Source: Squalus acanthias | Taxonomy: Eukaryota | Assembly (NCBI GenBank): GCA_030390025.1 | Contig: CM059438.1 | Location: 53,756,001-53,820,000, forward strand | Length of the DNA: 64,000 bases | Direction: 5' to 3' | Part shown: positions 1-35,493 of the stretch, piece after piece | Numbering within the stretch: position 1 is the first letter of the stretch | How the letters are laid out: every line of letters begins with the position of its first letter | Program-made: the position numbers and the translations under genes | Notes under the pieces: model-generated | The model's database searches: none | What the model saw: the letters and a program-made list of their open reading frames with translations, nothing else | Told to the model about the DNA's origin: nothing

Positions 1-421
1 CGTCTCAAAGCGCTTTGCAGCCAATTAAGAACTTTTGAAGTGGAGTCACTGTTGTGATGTGGGAAACACAGCAGCCAATTTGCGCACAGCAAGCTCCCAT
101 AAACAGCAATTTGATAATGACCCGAAAATCTGTTTCTGTTATGTTGGTTGAGGGATAAATATTGGTCAGGACACCGGGGATAACTCCCCTGCTCTTCTTC
201 AAAATAGTGCCATGGGATCTTTTACATCCACCTGAGAGAGCAGACGGGGCCTCGGTTTAACGTCTCATCCGAAAGACGGCACCTCTGACAGTGCAGCACT
301 CCCTCAGCACTGCACTGGAGTGTCAGCCTAGCTTTATGTGCTCAAGTCCCTGCAGTGGGGCTTGAACCCACAACCTTCTGACTCACAGGCTAGTGTGCTA
401 CCAACTGAGTCACAGCTGACA
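1..421 (-). mobile_element. tRNA-head SINE with a Deu-domain-like core (DeuSINE, SacSINE1/AmnSINE-like); 3' part runs off the window start
   Basis: The minus strand has an A box TGACTCAGTTGG (401-412) and a B box GGTTCAAGCCC (358-368). These are followed by GGTGCCGTCTTTCGGATGAGACGTTAAACCGAGG...GATCCCATGGCACT, recognised as a Deu-domain-type core. Confidence 0.75.
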
Positions 422-422
422 C

Positions 423-748
423 TAGAGGGAGCTTTACTCTGTATCTAACCCGTGCTGTACCTGCCCTGGGAGTGTTTGATGGGACAGTGTAGAGGGAGCT
501 TTACTCTGTATCTAACCCGTGCTGTACCTGCCCTGGGAGTGTTTGATGCGTGCTGACCTGCCCTGGAGTGTTTGATGGGACAGTGTAGAGGGAGCTTTAC
601 TCTGTATCTAACCCGTGCTGTACCTGCCCTGGGAGTGTTTGATGGGACAGTGTAGAGGGATCTTTACTCTGTATCTAACCCCGTGCTGTACCTGCCCTGG
701 GAGTGTTTGATGGGACAGTGTAGAGGGAGCTTTACTCTGTATATAAAC
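423..748. repeat. 67-bp tandem repeat, about 5 copies, one internally rearranged
   Basis: The unit TAGAGGGAGCTTTACTCTGTATCTAACCCGTGCTGTACCTGCCCTGGGAGTGTTTGATGGGACAGTG recurs at about 423, 490, 586, 653 and 721. Confidence 0.9.
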
Positions 749-781
749 CAAGGTGTTTTTGCCATTGGAGTATTGCAAAAT

Positions 782-1535
782 ATTTACGGCACAGAAACAG
801 GCCATTCGGCCCAACTGGTCTATGCCGGTGTTTATGCTCCACATGAGCCTCCTCCCACCTCTCTTCATCTCACCCCATCAGCATTACCTTCTATTTCTTT
901 CTCCCTCGTGTCTTTATCGAGCTTTCCCTAAAATGCATCTAAGCTATTTGCTTCAACTACTCCCTGCGGTAGCGAGTTCCACATTCTAACCACTCTCTGG
1001 GTAAAGAAGTTTCTCCTGAATTTGATTTATTGGTGACTATCTTATATTTATGTCTCTAGTTCTGGTCCCGCCTGCAAGTGGAAACATCTTCTCTACGCCT
1101 ACCCTATCGAACCCTTTCATAATCTTGAAAACATTTATCAGGTCACCCTTCAGTCTTCTCTTTTCTAGAGAAAAGAGCCCCAGCCTGTTCAATCTTTCCT
1201 GATAGGTATAACATCTCAGTTCTGGTATCATTCTTGTAAATCGTTTTTGCACCTTCTCCAGGGCCTCTAGATCCTTTCTATAATATGGAGACCAAACTCT
1301 TCACAGTACTCCAAGTGTGGTCTAACCAAGATTCTAGATCCGTTTAACATAACTTCTCTGCTTTTCAATGCTATCCCTCTAGAAATGCTTTGTTTGCTTT
1401 TTTAATGGCCTTATTAACCTGTGTCATTAATTTTAGTGATCTGTGTATCTGTACCCCTAGATCGCTCTCTTCCTCTATCTCATTTAGACACTTATTTTCC
1501 AAGAGTATGTGGCCTCCTTAATCTTCCTACCAAAA
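782..1535 (-). mobile_element. CR1 LINE 3' fragment (ORF2 C-terminus and 3' UTR), degenerate
   Basis: ORF 1037..1252 reads QKRFTRMIPEL..YQERLNRLGLFSLEKRRLKGDLINVFKIMKG, a typical CR1 ORF2 C-terminus. Confidence 0.85.
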
Positions 1536-1584
1536 TGTATTTACAGCTCAGAAACAGGCCATTTGGCCCAAAAGGTGCATGTCC

Positions 1585-2078
1585 GTGGGAAATGTAGTCA
1601 ACAGTGAGGAGGATAGTGACAGACTTCAGGAGGACTTAGACAGACTGGTGAAATGGGCAGACACATGGCAGATGGAATTTAATGCAGAGAAGTGTGAAGT
1701 GCTGCATTTTGGTAGGAAGAATGAGGAGAGGCAATAAAAACTAAATGGTACCATTTTAAAGGGGGTGCAGGAGCAGAGAGACCTGGGGGTGTGTGTACAC
1801 AAAACTTTGAAGGTGGCAGGACAAGTTAAGAAGACTGTTAAAAAAGCAGATGGGATCCTTGGCTTTATTAATAAAGGCATTGAATTCAAAAGCAAGGATG
1901 TTATGTTAAATATTTATAAAACACTGGTTAGGTCTCAGCTGGGGTATTGTGTTCAATCCTGGGCACCACACTTTAGGAAGGATGTCAAGGCCTTGGAGAG
2001 GGTGCAGAAGAGATTTACTAGAATGGTACCGGGGATGAGGGACTTCAGTTAGTGGAGAGACTGGAGAAGCTGGGGTTG
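1585..2078 (+). mobile_element. CR1 LINE ORF2 fragment (end of RT domain), degenerate
   Basis: Translates as LQEDLDRLVKWADTWQMEFNAEKCEVLHFG, then ERDLG-like QRDLGV..YKTLVRSQLGYCVQSWAPHFRKDVKALERVQKRFTRM, with an internal stop. Confidence 0.85.
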
Positions 2079-2352
2079 TACAGGCCAGTCAGCCTAACAT
2101 CAGTGGTGGGGAAGTTATTGGAAACCATTATCTGGGATAAAATAAACTTTCATTTGGAAAGGCATGGGTTAATCAAGGAGAGCCAGCCTGGATTTGTTAA
2201 AGGTAAATGATGTCTGATTAACTTGATTGAATTCTTTGATGAGGAACAGAAATTGATCAAGGTAGGGCAGTAGATGTTGTATAAATGGACTTTTGGAAGG
2301 CATTCGGTAAAGTGCCACACGGGAGGCTTATTCAGAAGATGGAAGCCCATGG
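2079..2352 (+). mobile_element. Second CR1 ORF2 fragment (start of RT domain), degenerate
   Basis: Translates as YRPVSLTSVVGKLLETII...QPGFVKGK*CLINLIEFFDE. It lies out of order relative to the preceding fragment, so it is a separate piece. Confidence 0.75.
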
Positions 2353-4545
2353 AATTTTTTTTTAAATTGTTTATGGGATGTGGGCATCGCTGGCAAGGCC
2401 AGCATTTATTGCCCATCCCTAATTGCCCTTGAGAAGGTGGTGGTCACCCGCCTTCTTGAACCGCTGCAGTCCGTGTGGTGAAGGTACTCCCACAGTGCTG
2501 TTAGGGAGGGAGTTCCAGGATTTTGACCCAGTGACAATGAAGGATCAGCGATATGCTTCTAAGTCAGGATGGTGTGTGATGTGGAGGGGAACTTGGAGGT
2601 GGCGGTGTTCCCATGTGCCTGCTGCCCTTGTCCTTCTAGGTGGAAGAGGTCGCGGGTTTGGGAGGTGCTGCCAAAGAAGCCTTGGCGAGTTGCTGCGGTG
2701 CATCTTGTAGATGGTACACACTGCAGCCACGGTACACCGGTGGTGGAGGGAGTGAATGTTTAAGGTGGTGGATGGGGTGCCAATCAAGTGGGCTGCTTTG
2801 TCCTGGATGGTGTCGAGCTCCTTGAGTGTTGTTGGAGCTGCACTCATCCAGGCAAGTGGAGAGTATTCCATCACACTGCTTACTTGTGCCTTGTAGATGG
2901 TGGAAAGGCTTTGGGGAGTCAGGAGGTGAGACACTCGCCGCAGAATACCCAGCCTCTGACCTGCTCTTGTTGCCACGGTATTTATGTGGCTGGTCCAGTT
3001 AAGTTTCTGGTCAATGGTGACCCCCAGGATGTTGATGGTGGGGGATTCGGCAATGGTAATGCCGTTGAATGTCAAGGGGTGGTGGTTAGACTCTCGCTTG
3101 TTGGAGATAGTCATTGCCTGGCACTTGTGTGGCGCGAATGTTACCTGCCAATTATCAGCCCAAGCCTGAACATTGTGCAGGTCTTGTTGCATGCGGGCAT
3201 GGACTGCTTCATTATCTGAGGAGTTGTGAATGGCGCTGAACACTGTGCAGTCATCAGCGAATATCCCCATTTCTGACCTTATGTTAGAGGGAAGGTCATT
3301 GATGAAGCAGCTGAAGATGGTTGGGCCTAGGACACTGCCCTGAGGAACACCTGCAGCGATGTCCTGCAGCTGTGATGATTGACCTCCAACCACCACAACC
3401 ATCTTCCTTTGTGCTAGGTATGACAGCGGAGCATTTTCCCCCCGATTCCCATTGACTTCAGTTTTACTAGGGCTCCTTGATGCCACACTCGGTCAAATGC
3501 TGCCTTCATGTCAAGGGCAGTCCCTCTCACCTCACCTCTGGAATTCAGCTCCTTTGTCCATGTTTGGACCAAGGCTGTAATGAGGTCGGGAGCCGAGTGG
3601 TCCTGGCGGAACCCAAACTGGGCATCCTTGAGCAGGTTATTGGTGAGTAAGTGCCGCTTGATAGCACTTTCGATGACACCTTCTATCACTTTGCTGATGA
3701 TTCAGAGTAGACTGATGGGGCGGTAATTGGCTGGATTGGATTTGTCCTGTTTTTTGTGGACAGGACATACCTGGGCAGTTTTCCACATTGTCGGATAGAT
3801 GCCAGTATTGTAGCTGTACTGGAACAGCTTGGCTAGAGGCTCGGCTAGTTCTGGAGCACAAGTCTTCAGCACGATAATCGGGATGTTGTCGGTGCCCATA
3901 GCCTTTGCTGTATCCAGTGCGCTCAGCTGTTTCTTGATAGCATGTGGAGTGAATCGAATTGGCTGAAGACTGGCTTCTGTGATGGTGGGGACCTCGGGAG
4001 TAGGCCGATATGGATCATCCACTCGGCACTTCTGGCTGAAGGTGGTTACAAACTCTTCAGCCTTGTCTTTTGCACTCACGTGCTGGGCTCTACCATCATT
4101 GAGGATGGGGATATTCATGGAGCCTCCTCCTCCCGTTAGTTGTTTAATGGTCCATCACCATTCACGACTGGATGTGGCAGGACTGCAGAGCTTTGATCTG
4201 ATCCGTTGATTGTGGGGTCGCTTAGCCCTGTCTATAGCATGCTGCTTCCGCTTTTTAGCATGCATGTAGTCCTGTGTTGCAGCTTCCCCAGGTTGGCACC
4301 TCATTTTTAGGTACGCCTGGTGCTGCTCCTGGCATGCTCTTCTACACTCCTTTTTAAACCAGGTTTGGTCCCCTGGCTTGATGGTAATGGTAGAGTGAGG
4401 GATATGCCGGGCCATGAGGTTACAGATTGTGGTGGAATACAATTCTGCTGCTGCTGATGGCCGACAGTTTTGAGCTGCTAGATCTGTTCTGAATCTATCC
4501 CATTTAGCACGGTGGTAGTGCCACACAACACGATGGAGGGTGTAC
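2353..4545 (-). mobile_element. 5'-truncated non-LTR retrotransposon (CR1/Jockey group), ORF2 frameshifted
   Basis: Successive minus-strand ORFs 4155..4547, 3702..4118, 3414..3689 and 2545..3486 carry the RT motifs [35 protein letters not shown] and FADD. An A-rich tail lies at about 2355-2362. Confidence 0.85.
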
Positions 4546-4855
4546 ATTTCATTACAGGGCAGCTACAGCCTGACCAAAATGCTGATGTGGATGAATGGGT
4601 GCCCCTTCTTCATAATGAATGTATGTCACTAATTGTTAATTGTTTGAGATCCATACCATTTTGACATGAACAGCAGCATAAACCTCACACAATTCTGCTG
4701 TTCATTGGCCACTCCATTCCAAGATTGTTACTTGTAATCCTTTGAATATGTTGCCATCCAGCCACTAGAAATGTTGAATATACCTCAGAATGGGTATCGG
4801 TGGAAGAGATGTATAAATTGTCCATTCATTTGGTAGAGTTCCTCTTAATTTTTGA

Positions 4856-5035
<180 letters not shown>

Positions 5036-5040
5036 TAGGT

Positions 5041-5117
5041 AACTATCAATCCAATCAACCAGTGATCCAATCAACTATCGATCCAATCCACCAACAATCT
5101 AACCAACTAACAATCCA
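5041..5117. repeat. Degenerate A/C-rich short tandem repeat (ATCCAATCAAC-like) starting just after the donor
   Basis: Repeated atccaatc/caacc words are visible directly. Confidence 0.55.
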
Positions 5118-5800
5118 ATTCCACAGGATATACGGCACAGAAACAGGCCATTCGGCCCAACCAGTCCATGCTGGTGTTTATGCTCCACTCGAGCCTCCTC
5201 CCATCTTTCCTCATCTAACTCTATCAGCATAACCCTCTATTCCCTTCTCCCTCATATGCTTGTCCAGCCTCCCCTTAAATGCATCAATACTATTCGCTTC
5301 AGTCACTCCCTCTAGTAGCGAGTTCCACATTCTCACCACTCTCTGGGTAAAGAAGTTTCTTCTGAATTCCCTGTTGGATTTCTTGGTGACTATCTTATAT
5401 TTAGTTTTGCTCTTCCCCACAAGTGGAAACATTCTCTGTATCCAATCTATCAAAACCTTTCATAATTTTGAACAGCAGAATTGTGCAAGGTTATATTAGG
5501 TCACCCCTCAGCCTTCTTTTTTCAAGAGAAAAGAGGCCCAGCCTGTTCATCCTTTCCTGATAGGTGTACCCTCGCATTTCAGGTATCTTCTCTGCACCCT
5601 CTCCAGTGCCTCTATATCTTTTTATAATATGGCGACCAGAACTGCACGCAGTACTCCAAGTGTGGTCTAACCAAGGTTCGATACAGGTTCAGCATAACTT
5701 CCCTACTTTTCAATTCTATCCCTCTAGAAATAAACCCTAGTGCTTGGTTTGCTTCTTTTATGGCCTTGCTAACCTGTGGCGCAACTTTTAGTGATTTGTG
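5118..5800 (-). mobile_element. CR1 LINE 3' fragment, same subfamily as 782-1535
   Basis: Shares the tail TACGGCACAGAAACAGGCCATTCGGCCCAA with 782-1535. ORF 5211..5453 reads RNFFTQRVVRMWNSL..FKGRLDKHM. Confidence 0.85.
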
Positions 5801-6110
5801 TTAATGAACTAACAATAGATTCAACCGACCATCCCATCAACGTAAAAAGGCCCTGTCAACATTCTGTGTGTGCCGTAAGTCATTGACACCAAATTCCCTT
5901 TGATGCACGAATGAAGGGTGAACTGAGTTTTACCTTGGGATTTTCAGGGTTTTAGCTTTGCACCTGATTGAGCTGTTTTCGGTAATTTGACAAATTATTG
6001 TTTCTTTATTTCCCGACTAAACCCAAGTCCGAACTTTTGAAGCACAGTGATTCCTGCTGTGGGATTTTATAACGTGGCTGTCAATCGCTGCTCAAAGCAG
6101 AGTCCCTGAT

Positions 6111-6385
6111 GGTCAACACCGTGGCATAGTGGTTAGCACTGGTGCCTCACAGCGCCAGGGACCCGGGTTCGAATCCGGCCTCGGATGACTGTCTGTGTGG
6201 AGTTTGCACATTCTCCCCGTGTCTGCGTGGGTTTCCTCTGGGTGCTCCGGTTTCCTCCCACAGTCCAAAGATGTGCGGGTTAGGTTGATTTGGCTATGAT
6301 AAATTGACCCTTAGTGTTAGGGGGGATTAAATACGTGGGGTTACGGGGATAGGGTGGGATATGTGTCGGTGCAGGCTCGATGGGG
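6111..6385 (+). mobile_element. V-SINE (HE1-like tRNA-derived SINE)
   Basis: A box TGGCATAGTGG (6122-6132), B box GGTTCGAATCC (6166-6176), then the V-domain GTCTGTGTGGAGTTTGCACATTCTCCCCGTGTCTGCGTGGGTTTCC...CTCCCACA. Confidence 0.8.
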
Positions 6386-6392
6386 ATTCTGT

Positions 6393-7280
<888 letters not shown>

Positions 7281-7473
7281 TCACTCCCCCCGATTACCCC
7301 CCGTCCCCCTCACTCCCCTCGACTGATTGTGTGAAATATAAAATCCATCACTTTGTTGCTTTTCTGTAGATTTAAGGAGGAACGCGGGGTGCTGGTAACT
7401 GAACTGTATAAACCATCCATCTGGCCTAAAATTAATTGAAAAAATGAATTAAAATTATACTTTCCTCTCTTAG

Positions 7474-31207
<23,734 letters not shown>

Positions 31208-31401
31208 TGTCGTAAGAATGAGCCTTACGCGTGGTGAACTTAAAGTAAGCTTTAATCAACTAAAAAGGTGCTACATACAAATGAGGTCTTACTCTATGCC
31301 TCTCCAGGATCCAACTGATCAGCCCAGTATTTATCCTGGACTAATCACAGGAAGTGATGCAATAAAGTTCGAGTCACAGGAAGCTGTATTGTGTTACCAC
31401 A
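31208..31401 (-). repeat. 3' LTR of copy 1 (194 bp)
   Basis: Matches 35494-35687 except for one mismatch (T31282 vs A35568). Adjacent to the PPT GGGGGGGGAGAA in element orientation. Confidence 0.95.
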
Positions 31402-31464
31402 TTCTCCCCCCCCAAAAGATTAGGAGGCCGGGATGAAGTTCGAGTCACAGGAAGCTGTATTGTG

Positions 31465-34400
31465 TTACCACATTCTCCCTCCATTTCGTAGCCGCTGGAC
31501 GAGGGAGAGCCGCACCCGTTTGGGTTCTCGTAGCGGTAGAGGGCCCCTAGCCCGTTTACCCGCCGCGGGCCGTGGACCAGAGTCCGAGTGATCCAGCCCG
31601 CTCTGTGAGGGGTCAGGACGATCCTGACTGTGTACTGGTGCCCGAACGGGTGTCGGGCAGGGCTGTGGCAGATCCGTTTCCGAGCGTATGGTACGGGGTG
31701 GATCGTGGCTGTGCGTGCGAGCCCCGACGGGCTCATAGTCAGTCTGCCCCAGGTCGGCACGCTGGAGTGAGGTACCAGCCGGCGTCAGATCCAGATCGTG
31801 ATGAGAGGCACCTGGCGAGCCCAGAGATGTGCCTGGTACAATATCATCCCCTGGTGTCCCTCTATGTTTCGGCGGGCAGGGAGCCAGATCCCGCAATGAC
31901 ACGGTAGATTCCCGACCGTCAGGATACCGAATATAGGCGTAGGTAGGGTTGACGTCAGTGAGCTCAACCTCATCTACCAGGGGGTCATTCTTAGACGCCC
32001 GAACATATCTTCGGAGTAGCACTGGTCCCGGTGCAGTCAGCCACGACGGGAGAGATATCCCATAGGATGAGTGACACTGAAATCGGAAGAACCGTTCATG
32101 AGGCGTCGTATTTGTGGCGGCCGAAAGGAGGGACCGTGTGGAGTGTAATGCGTCTGGAAGTACTGCTTCCCATTGCTGGTTGGGTAGGCCCCGAGATCTC
32201 AAAGCCAGACGTACCGCATTCCAGATGATAGCGTTAAAACGCTCGACTTGCCCATTCCCGACCGGATGATAAGGCGTCGTTCTGCTGGCAGCAATACCCC
32301 GTTCCGAGAGATAGGCCTTGAGTTCTCCTGACATAAAAGAAGGGCCCCGATCCGAATGAACATAGGATGCCATGCCACAGAAAGCAAATACCTGCTCAAG
32401 GCAGCTGATAACCGTGGTCGTCAGCATATTGGGGCAGGGAAAGGCAAACGGAAAATGGGAATACTCATCGACCATGGTCAATAGATAAGTGTTGCGAGTT
32501 GAAGAGGGCAACGGCCCCTTAAAATCGATGCTAAGCCGTTGCATTGGCTGGGTCACATGTATGAGTATACCACCCGAGGGGCGGAAAAACTGAGGTTTCA
32601 ATTCCGCACAGACTCTGCAGTCCGAGCACATCTTCTTTACATCCCCGGTAGAGAATGGGAGATTTCGGGACCGCACGAAGTGTAGCATGCGAGTAACGCC
32701 CGGATGACACAACCCATCATGGATGTCTACGAGCGTAGAGGGTGCCATGGCGGAGCAGAATGCTCGTGTGAGGGTGCCCGGAGCCACATTCTCCTTGCCA
32801 GGTCGATAGTGGATGGTGTAACCAAAAGAGGCCAATTCCAGCCGCCAAAGCTGGATTTTATTATTTTTAATTTTGGTCCGTTTTCGATTATCGAGCATGA
32901 AGGCAACCGATCGCTGGTCCGTGATTAAGGTAAAGTGCTGGCGAGCTAGGAGATGAGTCCACTTCCGTACTGCCTCTATGATGGCTGTAGCTTCTTTCTC
33001 GACTGGAGGATAATGTAACTCAGCCCCTTGAAAAGTCCTGGACAAAAATGCCACCGGACGACCTTCCTGATTCAGAGTGGCCGAGATCGCCACCTCCGAG
33101 GCATCACACTCAACAACAAAAGGAAGACTCTCATCGATGGAGTGAAGAGCCGCTTTCTCCAACTGTTTTTTCAGGAGGTTAAAGGCTGCAACAGCCGTTG
33201 TGTCTAGTGGGAATGTGCTGGCCTTCAGTAGAGGTTGGATTCGGTCCGAGAAGTTAGGAATCCATTTAGCATAGTATGCAAACAGGCCGAGGGCCCGGCG
33301 CAAGGAGGCCGGATTCTTAGGTGGCGGGAGCTCTTGGAGTGGGCGAAGCCTTTCAGGGTCAGGTTTAATGATGCCATTGCCCACACAATAGCCAAGGATG
33401 TTGATGGTTGGTTGTGACTCAATGGATTTAGCCGCATTTAATGTCAAATTACGGTGCTGGAGTGCATCCCAAAATCGTTGGAGATTGGCGTCATGTTCCC
33501 GCTGATTGCGACCTGCGACAGTAATATTGTCCAGATAAGGAAACGTATCCTTTAAGTCTTCCTGTTTGACCAGGTCATCCATTGCTCGCTGGAAGACAGC
33601 CACTCCATTAGTGACCCCAAAGGGGAGGCGACGAAATTGATACAGCCGTCCATTGGCTTCAAAGGCTGTATACTGCTTGTCTGAGACCTTCAAGGGTACC
33701 TGATGATAGGCACTTTTCAGATCATATGTTGAGAACACCGTGTACTCAGCCAGTTTATTAACCATATCATCGATGCGCGGCAATGGGTATGCGTCCAAGT
33801 CCGTATATTGATTGATGGTCTGTGAATAGTCAATGCACAGCCGTTTCTTGTGAGGTTGTAGAGGGTTCTTAACAATAACGACCTGGGCGCGCCATGGCGA
33901 CGAACAAGGCTCGATGATATCCTCTGCTAAAAGCCGAGAAATCTCAGCCGCAATAAAAGACTGGTCTTCCTGACTGAAACGTCGTGACTTTGTTATAATC
34001 GGTTTGCATCGAGGAGGGATACTGGTAAACAGTGAGGGTTCATCCAGTGAAGCTGCTGACAATGCACAGAACGGTAATCGAGGTCGTATATTAGAAATAG
34101 TGAGTTCAGGTTTGGATCCGCCGAACTCAATGGTGAGCTTCTTATGCTGCTTTTGAAAATCTAGCCCTAAGATAAGATCACTACATAAGTCCTTGAGCAC
34201 CGAAAGCCGGGTGGAGGGATACCTGTGACCATTAAGTGTTATTTCAACCATACAAAAGCCAGAAATTCTGGTATTAAGTGATGACTGAGCCATCGCAATT
34301 GCCTGGTCCGATGGGAAAACATGTAGCTTTAACTCTGCAACAATCTGTTCCCTAATGAAACTATCAGTGCTACCTGAGTCAATTAAGGCATCTAAAGTAT

Positions 34401-35415
34401 GTCCAGTAATTAATGCTTTTGTAGCTGCATGGAATAGGTTCTGAGGACAAGCAGCTGTAATTGGTGTCGTTGCACAAAGAGTGGCTGAAACTCTAGGTGT
34501 GTTTCTTCGAGAGAAAACCCGAGAGGAAGCACGATAGATTTTAGCCGGAACATCTTGATAGGCCCTTACCGGGGCAGTTCGGTAGGACTTAGCTTGATAA
34601 GCCCTTGTAGAGACTCTTGATAGGCAAACCTTTGCAAAATGACCCTTTTTGTTGCAATGACTGCAAAACGCATTGCGAGCAGGGCAGAATTTCCGAGGGT
34701 GAAACTCATCACCACAAAAGAAGCATTTCTTAGATTGCCAAGAGGCTGCCACAGTGGGGTCATCATCCTCTTCATCAGTGAAGTCATCAGATTGATCGTC
34801 AGGGATAAAGTCCTCCCTAATAGAGTTCACCTGTGGCCTCTTAAATTGCCTGACTGTAGTTAAGGCAGCAGACCGAGGTCTGGGCACTGTATAAAGGTCT
34901 GCATTTCTTTTTGCCAGATCTAGAGAGCAAGCCATGTCATAAGCTCTCTGAAGCTCAAGTGTCTTACTTTCCAGTAGACGCTGGCGTATAAATGGGGAGG
35001 CAAGCCCGCAGATGAACGCATCACGGATCATTTCTTCACGGTACAGCTCAGCTGAGGCCGCCTGAAAGTTACAGTCCATACTAAGTCTGCGAAGCTCTTG
35101 GAGGAATTTATCAATGGATTCCTCCGGCCCTTGTTGGGCTGTAGCTAGTAGATGTCTGGCATAGACCTCATTCGGTGTCTTAGTATATAGTCTTTTAAGC
35201 GTCCGAATTGCCTCCTCGTAACTGCCCCATTCCTCGACATACTGAAATACATTCGGGGTGACACAGTTGATGAGTATCCGCAATTTTGAGTCATCATCAG
35301 CCTTGCAATATTCGAGAAAATTGTCAAACGTGCGATACCAGTGTTTCCACACCTTACCGGCTGCTGGGGTGTTTGGGTCCAAGTCAAGACGCGATGGTTT
35401 AAGGATGTTTTCCAT
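31465..35415 (-). CDS. Gag-Pol polyprotein, 1316 aa, uninterrupted
   Basis: Two CCHC knuckles (CFFCGDEFHPRKFC, CSHCNKKGHFAKVC), protease LIDSGS, RT (DLKSAYHQ, LPFGV, YLDN), RNase H (CDAS, EKE, TDQ) and integrase HHCC plus D-D-E (IDFKGP, SDRG, VERFN). Confidence 0.95.
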   Translation of the reverse strand: MENILKPSRLDLDPNTPAAGKVWKHWYRTFDNFLEYCKADDDSKLRILINCVTPNVFQYVEEWGSYEEAIRTLKRLYTKTPNEVYARHLLATAQQGPEESIDKFLQELRRLSMDCNFQAASAELYREEMIRDAFICGLASPFIRQRLLESKTLELQRAYDMACSLDLAKRNADLYTVPRPRSAALTTVRQFKRPQVNSIREDFIPDDQSDDFTDEEDDDPTVAASWQSKKCFFCGDEFHPRKFCPARNAFCSHCNKKGHFAKVCLSRVSTRAYQAKSYRTAPVRAYQDVPAKIYRASSRVFSRRNTPRVSATLCATTPITAACPQNLFHAATKALITGHTLDALIDSGSTDSFIREQIVAELKLHVFPSDQAIAMAQSSLNTRISGFCMVEITLNGHRYPSTRLSVLKDLCSDLILGLDFQKQHKKLTIEFGGSKPELTISNIRPRLPFCALSAASLDEPSLFTSIPPRCKPIITKSRRFSQEDQSFIAAEISRLLAEDIIEPCSSPWRAQVVIVKNPLQPHKKRLCIDYSQTINQYTDLDAYPLPRIDDMVNKLAEYTVFSTYDLKSAYHQVPLKVSDKQYTAFEANGRLYQFRRLPFGVTNGVAVFQRAMDDLVKQEDLKDTFPYLDNITVAGRNQREHDANLQRFWDALQHRNLTLNAAKSIESQPTINILGYCVGNGIIKPDPERLRPLQELPPPKNPASLRRALGLFAYYAKWIPNFSDRIQPLLKASTFPLDTTAVAAFNLLKKQLEKAALHSIDESLPFVVECDASEVAISATLNQEGRPVAFLSRTFQGAELHYPPVEKEATAIIEAVRKWTHLLARQHFTLITDQRSVAFMLDNRKRTKIKNNKIQLWRLELASFGYTIHYRPGKENVAPGTLTRAFCSAMAPSTLVDIHDGLCHPGVTRMLHFVRSRNLPFSTGDVKKMCSDCRVCAELKPQFFRPSGGILIHVTQPMQRLSIDFKGPLPSSTRNTYLLTMVDEYSHFPFAFPCPNMLTTTVISCLEQVFAFCGMASYVHSDRGPSFMSGELKAYLSERGIAASRTTPYHPVGNGQVERFNAIIWNAVRLALRSRGLPNQQWEAVLPDALHSTRSLLSAATNTTPHERFFRFQCHSSYGISLPSWLTAPGPVLLRRYVRASKNDPLVDEVELTDVNPTYAYIRYPDGRESTVSLRDLAPCPPKHRGTPGDDIVPGTSLGSPGASHHDLDLTPAGTSLQRADLGQTDYEPVGARTHSHDPPRTIRSETDLPQPCPTPVRAPVHSQDRPDPSQSGLDHSDSGPRPAAGKRARGPLPLREPKRVRLSLVQRLRNGGRMW

Positions 35416-35493
35416 GATGGGTGATTCCCTGGATCCTTAGTTCCGAGTTCGTCCAAAAAGTTTGAGTGCGAAGTTTTTCAAAGTTGATTAAAT

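Noticed and set aside
423..748. 67-bp repeat as a CRISPR array or coding repeat
   Set aside because: Units are head-to-tail without spacers, and the overlapping ORFs show no recognisable protein.
6122..6180. tRNA gene (also 358-412)
   Set aside because: The A and B boxes run into SINE body sequence with no complete cloverleaf; these are SINE heads.
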